Of a DNA stretch of 40,000 nt, positions 16,403 to 26,250 are shown in pieces. The stretch is from Bacillus phage SP-15. The position numbers and the translations under genes were made by a program. The notes under the pieces were generated by a model. It worked only from the letters and a program-made list of their open reading frames with translations, was not told the DNA's origin and did no database searches. The stretch is taken from the sequence record KT624200.1; one strand, given 5' to 3'. The stretch's first letter is position 1; the number at the start of each line of letters is the position of its first letter.

Positions 16403-16534
16403 ATGAAAGTCACTTACGTCAAGAAGCTTGATGGGGAACATAAAGTATATGATGTAGTTAATGCTGGACCTTATAACAACTTTGTCATACAACCCAATGG
16501 AACGACTACTTCTAACGGAGTAGTCGTTCACAAT
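16403..16534 (+). mobile_element. Split intein C-half (IntC, 44 aa)
   Basis: MKVTYVKKLDGEHKVYDVVNAGPYNNFVIQPNGTTTSNGVVVHN|C with own ATG and upstream aaggat; blocks F and G present. Confidence 0.9.
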
Positions 16535-17869
16535 TGTGGTCTACTGGACGAGGTTGAGTTCGTAGCTGGCGGTAACGCTAAGATGGAACAGTCTAAGATC
16601 ATGCAACTTTATCGTACTATCAAGCGACGTATGGAATCCCGATACATGAAAATGGGTGAGTTGCCTGGTATCCTATTTCTTGTATCATCAAAGAAGTCAG
16701 ACCATGACTTCTTAGAACAATATATACAGCAAGTTCGGACTAATCCTAACGTTCACGTAGTGGATCAACCTTTATGGAAAGTTAAACCTAAAAGTAACTA
16801 TTCAGGTAACTTCTTCCTACTGGCAGTAGGTAATAAAGTGTTGCCTTCTAAGATCATAGCCGAACATGAAAACAAAGATGACTACATTGAACAAGGATAT
16901 CGAGTAATCGAAGTTCCAGTTGAGCATAAACAAGCATTCGAATTAGATATTAGTGCTGCTCTCATGGATATTGCAGGTATAGCGATGGCTAGTACCTCTA
17001 AATATATCCACTATGATAAGTTGATGAAGGTAATATCTAAACATCGTGAGAATCCGTTTCGTATGGATCAGATTGTCCTAGAATTCAATGGACCTGAAGA
17101 AATTGCTGACTACATGGATTTATCTAAGATCCATGAAGAGGATTTAAGTAGTCCTTGCTTTATCCATATAGACCCATCCTTATCAGGAGACTCCACAGGT
17201 ATTGCAATGACAACTATCAAAGGAGCAGGATCAGTTGAACGATTAGTTCGAGGAGAAATTCAGAGAGTTAATGATTTGGTGTATAAAATGGTCTTTGGAG
17301 TTGCTATTAAAGCAGTTGCAGGTAGCCAGATTCCATTCCATAAGATACGTCAATTCATATATTGGCTAAGAGATACACTAGGAGCCAATGTTCAAATGGT
17401 TACTGCCGACTCCTTCCAATCAGCGGATATGTTACAACAATTGAAGTTGAATGGATTTGAGACTAAAGTTATTTCAGTTGACCGTAAACGTGAGCCATAC
17501 GATATGCTACGAAATTCGATCAACGAGGAACGTATAGATATTTTACCTCAATCAATACTTGAGGACGAACTAGTTAACTTAGAAGAAGATAAAATCAAGG
17601 GTAAAATCGACCACCCTATTAACGGTAGTAAGGATATTGCCGATGCTTTAGCAGGGTCAGTTGCTGCAGCAGCTCATCACCCAATTGCCGTTCATATGAT
17701 GAACTCTGGTGAAGATGCTATGTTAATCGGTAGTGGTTCTACTGAGTTCGAACAATTGGGTAACGATTCTTGGGTCATCGAAGATGATGATATCGTAGAT
17801 GTTTATGACGATGATGCTCTAAGTAAGATGAGCAGTCATGGATCCAATGGTCGAGTACTTGACTGGTAA
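16403..17869 (+). CDS. terL: IntC fused to the C-terminal part of the large terminase
   Basis: After HN|C: CGLLDEVEFVAGGNAK (Walker B-like LLDE), LFLVSSKKSDHDF, HIDPSLSGDSTGIAM (nuclease-like D), ADSFQSADM. Confidence 0.88.
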   Translation: MKVTYVKKLDGEHKVYDVVNAGPYNNFVIQPNGTTTSNGVVVHNCGLLDEVEFVAGGNAKMEQSKIMQLYRTIKRRMESRYMKMGELPGILFLVSSKKSDHDFLEQYIQQVRTNPNVHVVDQPLWKVKPKSNYSGNFFLLAVGNKVLPSKIIAEHENKDDYIEQGYRVIEVPVEHKQAFELDISAALMDIAGIAMASTSKYIHYDKLMKVISKHRENPFRMDQIVLEFNGPEEIADYMDLSKIHEEDLSSPCFIHIDPSLSGDSTGIAMTTIKGAGSVERLVRGEIQRVNDLVYKMVFGVAIKAVAGSQIPFHKIRQFIYWLRDTLGANVQMVTADSFQSADMLQQLKLNGFETKVISVDRKREPYDMLRNSINEERIDILPQSILEDELVNLEEDKIKGKIDHPINGSKDIADALAGSVAAAAHHPIAVHMMNSGEDAMLIGSGSTEFEQLGNDSWVIEDDDIVDVYDDDALSKMSSHGSNGRVLDW

Positions 17870-17893
17870 GACATCCAAGGAGGTTATACATCT

Positions 17894-19408
17894 ATGTGGT
17901 TATTTGAAAAACTAGGGATGAGGAAAGTCGAGGATATCTCGAATAGTCGTAATGATTATACTAGCATGGAAGACTTGCTACAGAAAGCTGACGTGAACAC
18001 TTGGGATACAGTCCAAAAACTTAGAGATGTCTCGAGTACTAAGTCAGCTGTATTCAAAGAATATGAGAATATGGCTAACGATGTATTCATCGCTTCAGCC
18101 TTAGAATTATATGCAGATGATGCTGTTCAGTCCGAAATACGTACTGGCAGATTGGTATGGATAACAGCTAAAGACAAAGACCTTCAGTCCGATTTAGATG
18201 TGTTAATGGACGAGTTAGAGATAGAGTCACGTGTTTGGGACTGGGCACATAATGTAGCTCATTATGGGGAACTATTCCTTAAATTATTTTTCGATGAACA
18301 AGGTAGACTTCTAAAATACGTAGAAGAAGTCTCAGATCCAGGTAATTTGCTAGATTTACAATATATGGGTAAAACCGAATACTTCGCTACAGTTCAAAAT
18401 GAGGTAGATGGTGCCAAGAAAGTACAGAAATTAACATTACAAGATCCTGACTCCTACGTACACTTCATGATTCGTAAAGCTAATAGGTTTGACGAGATTG
18501 ATGTGAAGATACCTAAAGTCGAAGAAGATGGAACAACTACCACTGAAGTTCAACAAAAATACAAAGTTGCTCGTGGAGTTTCCATTCTAGAACCGCTACG
18601 ATCAAGCTACCGTATTTTAAGGCTATTAGAAGACTCACTAATAGTAGCACGACTAAGTCGTTCAGCAATGATTCGTATGTTCTCAGTTGAGGTAGGTACT
18701 GCACCTCCTAAGAAAGCTAGAGAAATGGTTAATAAACTCAAGAAACTATTGGACTCTCAAGAACAAGTAGATGTTCAAAGTGGTGAGTTTGCTAGTAAGA
18801 AATCACCTGGACCTATTGATGATCCTTTGATCATACCGACTCGTAATGGTAAAGGTTCAGTCAGCTATCAAAACATCGGAGGAGATGTTGATGTTAGAAG
18901 TATAACTGATATCGATTACTTCCGTAACAAGATGTTCGCTGGATTGAAAGTACCTAAAGCTTTCTTGGGATTCGAAGAATTCCTACCAGGAGGAATGGGT
19001 CAGTCGCCTCTAACTAAGTTGGATGTGAGGTACGCTAGAACAGTTAAACGTGTTCAGAATGCTGTAAGGGATGGTATCAAGAAGTTATTGAACTTGTACC
19101 TTATTGATCAGGGTCGTGATGGTCAGGTTAATCAGTTCGAAGTTCATATGACTGAGCCTTCATCCTCTGAAGAAGCTGACCGTATGGTGGATATGAGCAA
19201 CCGAATTGCATTGGCTGACTCTATGATGAGATTGCTTGACACTGAGACTACTAAAGGAATGTTCGACAACTATAAATTGGTATCCACAATCCTCAAAGAA
19301 GTACTTAAGTACGAGGAATTACAAGATACACTTCTTCCTCATGATAAATATAAAGAATTTGTGAAGCAACAAGAAGAGCAAATGGCTAGTGGAGAAGGAG
19401 AGTATTAA
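17894..19408 (+). CDS. Portal protein (T4 gp20-like)
   Basis: ANDVFIASALELYADDAVQSE..., KVPKAFLGFEEFLPGGMGQSPLTKLDVRYARTVKRVQ. Confidence 0.9.
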   Translation: MWLFEKLGMRKVEDISNSRNDYTSMEDLLQKADVNTWDTVQKLRDVSSTKSAVFKEYENMANDVFIASALELYADDAVQSEIRTGRLVWITAKDKDLQSDLDVLMDELEIESRVWDWAHNVAHYGELFLKLFFDEQGRLLKYVEEVSDPGNLLDLQYMGKTEYFATVQNEVDGAKKVQKLTLQDPDSYVHFMIRKANRFDEIDVKIPKVEEDGTTTTEVQQKYKVARGVSILEPLRSSYRILRLLEDSLIVARLSRSAMIRMFSVEVGTAPPKKAREMVNKLKKLLDSQEQVDVQSGEFASKKSPGPIDDPLIIPTRNGKGSVSYQNIGGDVDVRSITDIDYFRNKMFAGLKVPKAFLGFEEFLPGGMGQSPLTKLDVRYARTVKRVQNAVRDGIKKLLNLYLIDQGRDGQVNQFEVHMTEPSSSEEADRMVDMSNRIALADSMMRLLDTETTKGMFDNYKLVSTILKEVLKYEELQDTLLPHDKYKEFVKQQEEQMASGEGEY

Positions 19409-19436
19409 TCGAGTAGGCTGTATCCACCTTTCCTAA

Positions 19437-19447
19437 ACGTCTATACT
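19437..19447 (+). promoter_or_regulatory. Recurring intergenic motif (copy f)
   Basis: ACGTCTATACTTGTGAAG. Confidence 0.4.
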
Positions 19448-19514
19448 TGTGAAGTCGTTCTTGAGGAAAGGTGGGAATATAGTAATGCTATGGTAACGCT
19501 AAAGGAGGTACTTT

Positions 19515-19973
19515 ATGAGTAGCACTTACACTCGTCAAGAAGCACTGGAGTCTTTATACCGTATAACTTTTGCAGAAGCTCCAGAAACTCCGAGGTACAC
19601 TAAAGCCAAGGAGTACATTAAATCTACTTTATCTAGTAAAGGGGTACCTGAAGAAGTCATCAAATTTCTAGATGAAGAGACTTCATCTGGATTTTCTCAA
19701 TGTTTCTTGTCACGTTTAAAGGATAAGAAATTTATGAGGACTTTAAGGTCACTCGAGAGTGGGACTAAATTACCTAATGAAGTTGTTGTAAAAGCAGTCA
19801 ATTCCTTGATCACTCATGCTATAATAGATATTGAGTTAGGTAACACTTCACGTCAAGTCGTAGTGAATAACCTTCAGATCGATAAATTGATGAACATCGT
19901 ACAATACTACTTTAATACAGGTAGTTTACCTGATTCTACATATGAGACAATTAGGAATTTACTGGACAGCTAG
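19515..19973 (+). CDS. Hypothetical protein
   Basis: SD aaaggaggtactttATG; collinear. Confidence 0.6.
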   Translation: MSSTYTRQEALESLYRITFAEAPETPRYTKAKEYIKSTLSSKGVPEEVIKFLDEETSSGFSQCFLSRLKDKKFMRTLRSLESGTKLPNEVVVKAVNSLITHAIIDIELGNTSRQVVVNNLQIDKLMNIVQYYFNTGSLPDSTYETIRNLLDS

Positions 19974-20082
19974 ACTACAGCAGTTCCTTCCAAGTCTTTA
20001 ACAACACTAAGGTACTTTACTCATCAAAGTACTAAGAATTTGACACTATCAAATCTAGACATTGCGGAGGATTGAAAATTAA

Positions 20083-22425
20083 ATGAACACACTCATTACT
20101 AAAGAAAATGGAGTAAAGTCACTTCCTTTTGACGAACCTAGACTACTTAATTTTATTAAACAAGTTACTGAAGATTATCCGCACTTGGATATCGACAGTT
20201 TTACGGAGAAAGTACTAGCTACTATCACTTCCAGAGAGACTTATCCTGCCGATCAAATCACTAATTTGATGGTATTAACTGCTCTCGATCATTTGGATCA
20301 AGATGCACCTGACTGGACATTTGTAGCATCACGTATCTATCTTCAAAGCTTGTATAAACAAGCATCTAAGAATAGAGGTTACGATATTGAAAAAGTGGGC
20401 AATTATGGTCCATTCTATAGTTTACTTCGTGACCTTATCAACAAGGGTATTTACAATAAACGACTTCTTAAAGATTACACTCGTGCTGAGATCAATGAGT
20501 TAGGGTCATTAATCAATCAAGAAAGAGATAAGTTATTTACTTATATCGGATTACGTACACTAACTGACCGATACACTGCTAAGTCTCATGATCACCGAGT
20601 ATATGAACTTCCTCAGGAGCGATTTATGATTATTGCAATGTTGCTTAATATTAATGAACCTGCGGATAAACGTATGGACTTCATTAAGAATGCTTACAAG
20701 CAACATAGTTTACTACGTCAGACTAGTGCGACTCCTACGATGTCTAATGCTGGTAAGAGTTACGGTCAACTATCTTCATGTTTCATCGATACTGTAGATG
20801 ACAGTCTTGATGGAATCTTTGGTAGTAATCATGACGTAGCTCGTCTATCGAAAGATGGAGGAGGAATCGGTGTATACTTAGGTAAGATACGTAACCTAGG
20901 TTCTGACATCAAGAACTTCGAGGGAGTAGCTTCAGGAGTACTACCTTGGATGAAACAATTGAACAATACAGCAGTATCAGTTGATCAATTAGGACAACGT
21001 CAAGGTTCTATTGCTGTATATTTAGATGTATGGCACAAGGATATCTTCGCATTCCTAGATGCTAAATTAAATAATGGGGATGAAAGATTACGTACGCATG
21101 ACCTGTATACAGGAGTATGTATTCCAGATATATTCATGGAAATTGCTGAGGAACGTGGCGAGTGGTACCTATTTGATCCTCATAAAGTTCGTAAGCATAT
21201 GGGATATAGCTTAGAAGACTTCTACGACGAGAAACTAGGAGAAGGTTCATTCCGCACTAAGTATTTCGAATGTGTAGAAGCAGCTAAGTCCGGAGTACTT
21301 CCTAAGTCCATGTACGAAGTAGTTTCAGCTATCGATATATTCAAACGTATCATGAAGTCCCAGTTAGAAACTGGAGCTCCTTATATGTTCTATCGTGATA
21401 CTGTCAATAGAGCTAACCCTAATAAACATAAAGGTATGATATATTGCTCTAACTTATGTACTGAAATAATGCAGAACATGAAGCCGACTATTATCGAAAC
21501 TGAAGAAATCGTAACTAGAGAAGATGGTCAAAAGCGTATCGTTACTACTAAAATCCCTGGTGATTTCGTAGTATGTAACTTAGCTTCATTGAACCTAGGT
21601 CGAGTTGAACGTGAGAATTCTCTAGAAGAAACTATTACGAGTGCAGTCAGAGGATTGGACAACGTTATTGACCTGAATACCATTTCAGTACTTCAAGCTC
21701 AAGTTACTAACCAAAACTACAGAGCTATCGGATTAGGAACTTTCGGATGGCATCATTTATTAGCTCAAGAAGGAATTATGTGGGAGACTGAACGTGCAGT
21801 TGAGCGTTGTGATGAATTGTACGAAGATGTTGCATACTATGCAATTAAAGCTTCTCATGAATTAGCTCTTGAGAAAGGTGCTTATCCATACTTCCCTGGA
21901 TCTGACTGGAACACTGGAGAATACTTCGTATTACGTGGATACGTAGATCGTAATGATAAAGGAGAAATCCTTCCAATCGAAGGTCAAGAAAGATGGTATG
22001 AGTTAGCTCTAGCTGTAATGAAAGATGGAATCCGTAATGGATACATCATGGCGGTTGCACCTAACTCTTCTACTGCAGTTATCGCTGGATCTACTGCATC
22101 TATCGATCCAGTATTCAAGAAGTTCTACTCTGAAGAGAAGAAGAACTACAAGATTCCAGTTACTGCACCAGAATTATCTGCTAGAACTACATGGCATTAT
22201 AAATCAGCTTATAACATTGACCAACACTGGAGCATTAAACAAAATGCTGCTAGACAACGTCACGTTGATCAATCTATCTCGTTCAACTTGTACGTTAATC
22301 GTCAAATTAAAGCTAAGGATTTACTTGACCTACATTTCGATGCATGGAGATCAGGTCTTAAGACAACTTACTACACTCGTTCTACAGCAGTTGAAATTGA
22401 AGAGTGCGAATCTTGTGCTAGCTAA
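20083..22425 (+). CDS. nrdA: Ribonucleoside-diphosphate reductase alpha subunit
   Basis: N-terminal ATP-cone-like region, SATPTMSNAGKSYGQLSSCF, NLCTEI, NLASLNLGRV, MAVAPNSSTAVIAGSTASIDP, terminal CESCAS. Confidence 0.95.
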   Translation: MNTLITKENGVKSLPFDEPRLLNFIKQVTEDYPHLDIDSFTEKVLATITSRETYPADQITNLMVLTALDHLDQDAPDWTFVASRIYLQSLYKQASKNRGYDIEKVGNYGPFYSLLRDLINKGIYNKRLLKDYTRAEINELGSLINQERDKLFTYIGLRTLTDRYTAKSHDHRVYELPQERFMIIAMLLNINEPADKRMDFIKNAYKQHSLLRQTSATPTMSNAGKSYGQLSSCFIDTVDDSLDGIFGSNHDVARLSKDGGGIGVYLGKIRNLGSDIKNFEGVASGVLPWMKQLNNTAVSVDQLGQRQGSIAVYLDVWHKDIFAFLDAKLNNGDERLRTHDLYTGVCIPDIFMEIAEERGEWYLFDPHKVRKHMGYSLEDFYDEKLGEGSFRTKYFECVEAAKSGVLPKSMYEVVSAIDIFKRIMKSQLETGAPYMFYRDTVNRANPNKHKGMIYCSNLCTEIMQNMKPTIIETEEIVTREDGQKRIVTTKIPGDFVVCNLASLNLGRVERENSLEETITSAVRGLDNVIDLNTISVLQAQVTNQNYRAIGLGTFGWHHLLAQEGIMWETERAVERCDELYEDVAYYAIKASHELALEKGAYPYFPGSDWNTGEYFVLRGYVDRNDKGEILPIEGQERWYELALAVMKDGIRNGYIMAVAPNSSTAVIAGSTASIDPVFKKFYSEEKKNYKIPVTAPELSARTTWHYKSAYNIDQHWSIKQNAARQRHVDQSISFNLYVNRQIKAKDLLDLHFDAWRSGLKTTYYTRSTAVEIEECESCAS

Positions 22426-22441
22426 TTAACCTTAGAGATAA

Positions 22442-22472
22442 TGAGGGAGGGAACTTCTCCCTTCCTTATTAA
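22442..22472 (+). terminator. Imperfect stem-loop between nrdA and nrdB
   Basis: taatgagggagggaacttctcccttccttatta. Confidence 0.45.
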
Positions 22473-22511
22473 TAATACACCAAAGAACACATCTAGGAGG
22501 GCAACTTAGAC

Positions 22512-23558
22512 ATGTCAGGAATCGAATTGAGAAAACGTAAATTATTTGATATTACAGCACCTAATAAATCAACAGGTATCATTAATGGTCAAAGTTCAGG
22601 AGTACTCAACTGGGACGATGTTCAATTCCCTTGGGTATATCGTGATTACAAGAATTCGCTAGCTAACTTCTGGACTCCATTTGAAATCCAGATGACAGAT
22701 GATAAGAAGCAGTGGGTCACTATAATGAGTGAGGATGAGAAGTTTGCATTCAAACGTATCATCGGACTTCTTGCATCATTGGACTCTATTCAAACGGAGT
22801 ACTGCTCTAGCGTTAAGGACTATATTACGGATTCAAGTATCTCATCCCTTATGGGTGTTATCGAATTCCAAGAAATCGTCCACAATCAATCCTACTCTTA
22901 TGTACTATCAAGCTTGGTAGATAAAGATGAGCAGGATGCTATCTTTGACTTCTGGAAGCATGATCCAGTAATCATCAAACGTAATAAATTCATCTTTGAT
23001 GTTTATGAGGACTTCAAAGAGAATCCTAATCCTGAAACTTTACTCAAGTCAATCGTACTTGACGTAGTTTTAGAGGGACTGGACTTCTACTCTGGATTTG
23101 CATTCTTCTATAACTTAGCACGTAATCAGAAGATGCTCTCTACATCGAGAATGATCAATTACATCAATCGTGATGAACAAATTCACGTAAATGTATTCAT
23201 TAAAATATTCAAGGCAATCTTAGCTCAGTATCCTCAGTATGATACTCCACAATTGAAACAGTTCATTACTGACGTATTTGAGGAAGCTGCTGCATTAGAA
23301 ATTGAATGGGGTAATTATATCATCGGTGATAAAATCGATGGAATTAATATGATGGATCTGGATGCTTACATTAAGTTTTACGCTAACTTCAGATCTAGTG
23401 CTCTAGGTGGTGAGCGTCCATTCGAAGGTTATCGTAGTAATCCTCTTAAATGGATTAAAGCTTATGAAGACCCTAACGAATCTAAGCAGGACTTCTTCGA
23501 AGGTAAATCCCGTCAGTACGCTAAGGTAGATGACGATAACGGATTCGATGAACTATAA
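22512..23558 (+). CDS. nrdB: Ribonucleoside-diphosphate reductase beta subunit
   Basis: EFQEIVHNQSYSYV (EXXH plus radical-Tyr region), DEQIHVNVF. Confidence 0.93.
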   Translation: MSGIELRKRKLFDITAPNKSTGIINGQSSGVLNWDDVQFPWVYRDYKNSLANFWTPFEIQMTDDKKQWVTIMSEDEKFAFKRIIGLLASLDSIQTEYCSSVKDYITDSSISSLMGVIEFQEIVHNQSYSYVLSSLVDKDEQDAIFDFWKHDPVIIKRNKFIFDVYEDFKENPNPETLLKSIVLDVVLEGLDFYSGFAFFYNLARNQKMLSTSRMINYINRDEQIHVNVFIKIFKAILAQYPQYDTPQLKQFITDVFEEAAALEIEWGNYIIGDKIDGINMMDLDAYIKFYANFRSSALGGERPFEGYRSNPLKWIKAYEDPNESKQDFFEGKSRQYAKVDDDNGFDEL

Positions 23559-23565
23559 TATATGA

Positions 23566-23600
23566 TTAAAATGACCTAGCTAATAAACTAGGTCATTTTT
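23566..23600 (+). terminator. Rho-independent terminator after nrdB
   Basis: AAAATGACCTAG-ctaataaa-CTAGGTCATTTTTT. Confidence 0.8.
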
Positions 23601-23741
23601 TAATGCCTTTAAACAACTTCTTCGTCTATAACCCCTTAACCGATGTACTTACTGCTCCCTTAAATTAATATGTTCAGGCTTACCCTCTGATGCATTTGTT
23701 GCGTGGCGACATTGCAATCATTGGTGGGAGGTGAAGTCTAA

Positions 23742-25448
23742 ATGGAGGATAATCTGATCCTAGCAGAACAAACTAGTCCTGCGGAGAATAACCTACGACT
23801 TGTCGAAGGGTCTGAAGCAGTTAAGAGAGGTACAGCTCTAGCTACTCTAGAAGGTCCATTCGCTGATACTAAGATCCCTACACGTAATGGTCGTAAGTAC
23901 GTTCCTAAATTATGGAAAAAGATTATAAACTCATCCCATGTTAAAGAGATGCTTGATACCAATACGTTCTTTGGTGAAGCTGACCATCCTACCCTAAAGG
24001 AAGAACGTCTTGAAGTATCGTTACCGAAAGTGTCTCACAATATCACTGATATCTGGTTAGATGAATCTGATGGTATTGTCTATGGGAGATTAGACATCTT
24101 AGATACTCCTTCAGGGCGTATTCTAAAGACATTAATCGATTATGGATCTATTTTAGGAATTTCTTCACGTGGTGCAGGACGAGTTATCCAGGAGAAAGGT
24201 GAGACTATAGTCGATCCTGATACTTATAACTTCGTCACATTTGACATCGTACCACTACCTGCTAACGTTGCTTCTAGACTTAAGGATAAGACTTCTGGAG
24301 TAGTTGAATCTGCTAAAGGTATGCTTAAAGCTATCGGTGAGCAAGTTCAAGGACTTCTAAATAAGAAGGATCACTCTGAATTGTCAGCAGTTCATAGTGT
24401 ACTTGAGTCTATCAATATACCAGAATTGCAACCTCTATGTGAGCAAGTTAATGCTGCTCTTCACGACACTAGCGTATCATCTATCGAAGATGACTTAGAG
24501 GAAGCTTACCAAACTATCGGATCTTTGCGATTACAAGTTAGTCAACTAGAACAAACTGTTAGATCCTATGAGAATAAGAAAGTTCAAGAGGTAAGCAACA
24601 CTATTACCTTACCTAATGAGTCGATCTTAGAGAATCTGGATACTAACTTTAATCTTGTATTTAGTAAACTAGCTAATCTGCAAGAACAAATGGGTAGTAA
24701 TACTGTATCTGAAGATGAAATGAAGAAAATTCAAGATCAATTGGCTGAATCAGTTAAAACAGTTAAGGACTTAACCGATGAAGTACAAGACTTAACTGAA
24801 CAACTTGAAGTCAAGGATAATGAATTAGAAACAGCTCGTCGTCAGGCAGTGGAGCTTGATAAGCAATTAGGGGAACATAAAGAATTAGTCTCTGAGTATG
24901 AAGGTCAAGTTCAAGACCTAACGGAGTCTAATGAAGCATTAGTTACAGAAAATGAACAATTAAGCGGTAAATTAAGCAGCTTAGAGGAGCAATTACGAGA
25001 GTCCAATCAACAAGTTGAAGAACTAAGTGAGTCATATAACTTAGCGTCATCTCAAGTTGATAGTGCTCTAAATGAAGCTGACTCTAATGCTGAAATCATA
25101 GCTGAGCTTGAAGATAAGTTGAACGAAGCTGAGAGTCAAGCTAAATCCTTCTCAAGTCAAGTTCGAGGATTACAAGGATTCGTAGAAGCTTACGTGAATG
25201 TAAGAGCTAAACAATTAGGAGTTAATCCTCAATTAGCTATGAATTCACTTCCAGAATCTTTTAATCCAGAAATTGTTGAGAAGACCTTAAAAGAACTTGC
25301 AATCAGCCGAGTCAATCAACAGAAAATGGCTTATACTAACAGAACGACTTCGGGGGTAGCTGAAGCTAAGGCACTAACGGAAAGTACAGTGCAGTCCGCT
25401 AAGCGTAATAGCTTAGTGACACTCGTACAAGGAGTTCGCAACCAATAA
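23742..25448 (+). CDS. Prohead protease (T4 gp21-like) with long C-terminal coiled coil (putative scaffold fusion)
   Basis: Protease: FFGEADHPTL, GISSRGAG, YNFVTFDIVPLPAN. C-terminus: heptad-rich EDEVQDLTEQLEVKDNELETARRQAVELDKQLG... . Confidence 0.85.
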   Translation: MEDNLILAEQTSPAENNLRLVEGSEAVKRGTALATLEGPFADTKIPTRNGRKYVPKLWKKIINSSHVKEMLDTNTFFGEADHPTLKEERLEVSLPKVSHNITDIWLDESDGIVYGRLDILDTPSGRILKTLIDYGSILGISSRGAGRVIQEKGETIVDPDTYNFVTFDIVPLPANVASRLKDKTSGVVESAKGMLKAIGEQVQGLLNKKDHSELSAVHSVLESINIPELQPLCEQVNAALHDTSVSSIEDDLEEAYQTIGSLRLQVSQLEQTVRSYENKKVQEVSNTITLPNESILENLDTNFNLVFSKLANLQEQMGSNTVSEDEMKKIQDQLAESVKTVKDLTDEVQDLTEQLEVKDNELETARRQAVELDKQLGEHKELVSEYEGQVQDLTESNEALVTENEQLSGKLSSLEEQLRESNQQVEELSESYNLASSQVDSALNEADSNAEIIAELEDKLNEAESQAKSFSSQVRGLQGFVEAYVNVRAKQLGVNPQLAMNSLPESFNPEIVEKTLKELAISRVNQQKMAYTNRTTSGVAEAKALTESTVQSAKRNSLVTLVQGVRNQ

Positions 25449-25478
25449 TTTTAACAATGATATGGAGGAACTGAAACC

Positions 25479-26250
25479 ATGGAAAATTTATTCTCTGTGT
25501 ATCCTGAAGCTTCTCAACTTATGGAGAAGTGGACAGAAAACATCTCTGCAGTAAACGAAGCATTCGGTCAAGAATTATCTGTAGACCGTAAGATGGTATT
25601 AGCATCAACTCTTGAAAATACTCAAACTGCTCTTAATCGTGCGAATCAAATGTTTGAAACTACTCAACCATCTGATATCGGACCATTCAAGAAGTTCGCT
25701 CTTGAGTTAGTAACTGCTGTAGTTCCTAACCTAATTGCAACAGACATCGTATCAGTTCAACCAATGTCTAACCGTATTGGTGAAGTTCGTTACCTCAAGT
25801 ACTTATATGGATCTAACAAAGGTTCTGTAAAAGCTGGTACTGAATTCACTTCTGCATTCGGACTTGGTGAAACTTCTCCAATGTATTCTTCTGAAGACAT
25901 TGACCAAGAAGTTCTAGGTGAAGGTGGTCAAGCTAAATACGAAGGTAACTTAGCTTACTTCCCAGTACGTCCTGGTACAGTAGCAATCTCTGTTGGTGGA
26001 GATACTGTTACAGATGACGGTAATGGTAAGTTAAAAGGTAACGGAGTTACTGGTACAGTTGACTACGCTACAGGTTCTTATTCATTAGACTTCGGTACTG
26101 GTACTGCTAATGATGAGCCAGTTGCATCTTACCAATATCAACTTGACTACGCTCCAGTAAGTGTACCTCAAATTGATATCAAAATCGAGACTTTACCGAT
26201 CATCGCTAAATCTCGTAAATTACGTGCTCTTTACGCATTCGATGCTGCAT
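25479..26250 (+). CDS. Major capsid protein (T4 gp23-like), exon 1
   Basis: VVPNLIATDIVSVQPMSNRIGEVRYLKYLYG ... SRKLRALYAFDAA; strong SD atggaggaactg. Confidence 0.9.

Noticed and set aside
22025-22429. 134-aa + strand ORF inside nrdA
   Set aside because: Alternative frame of a strongly conserved gene; low-complexity Leu/Thr-rich translation.
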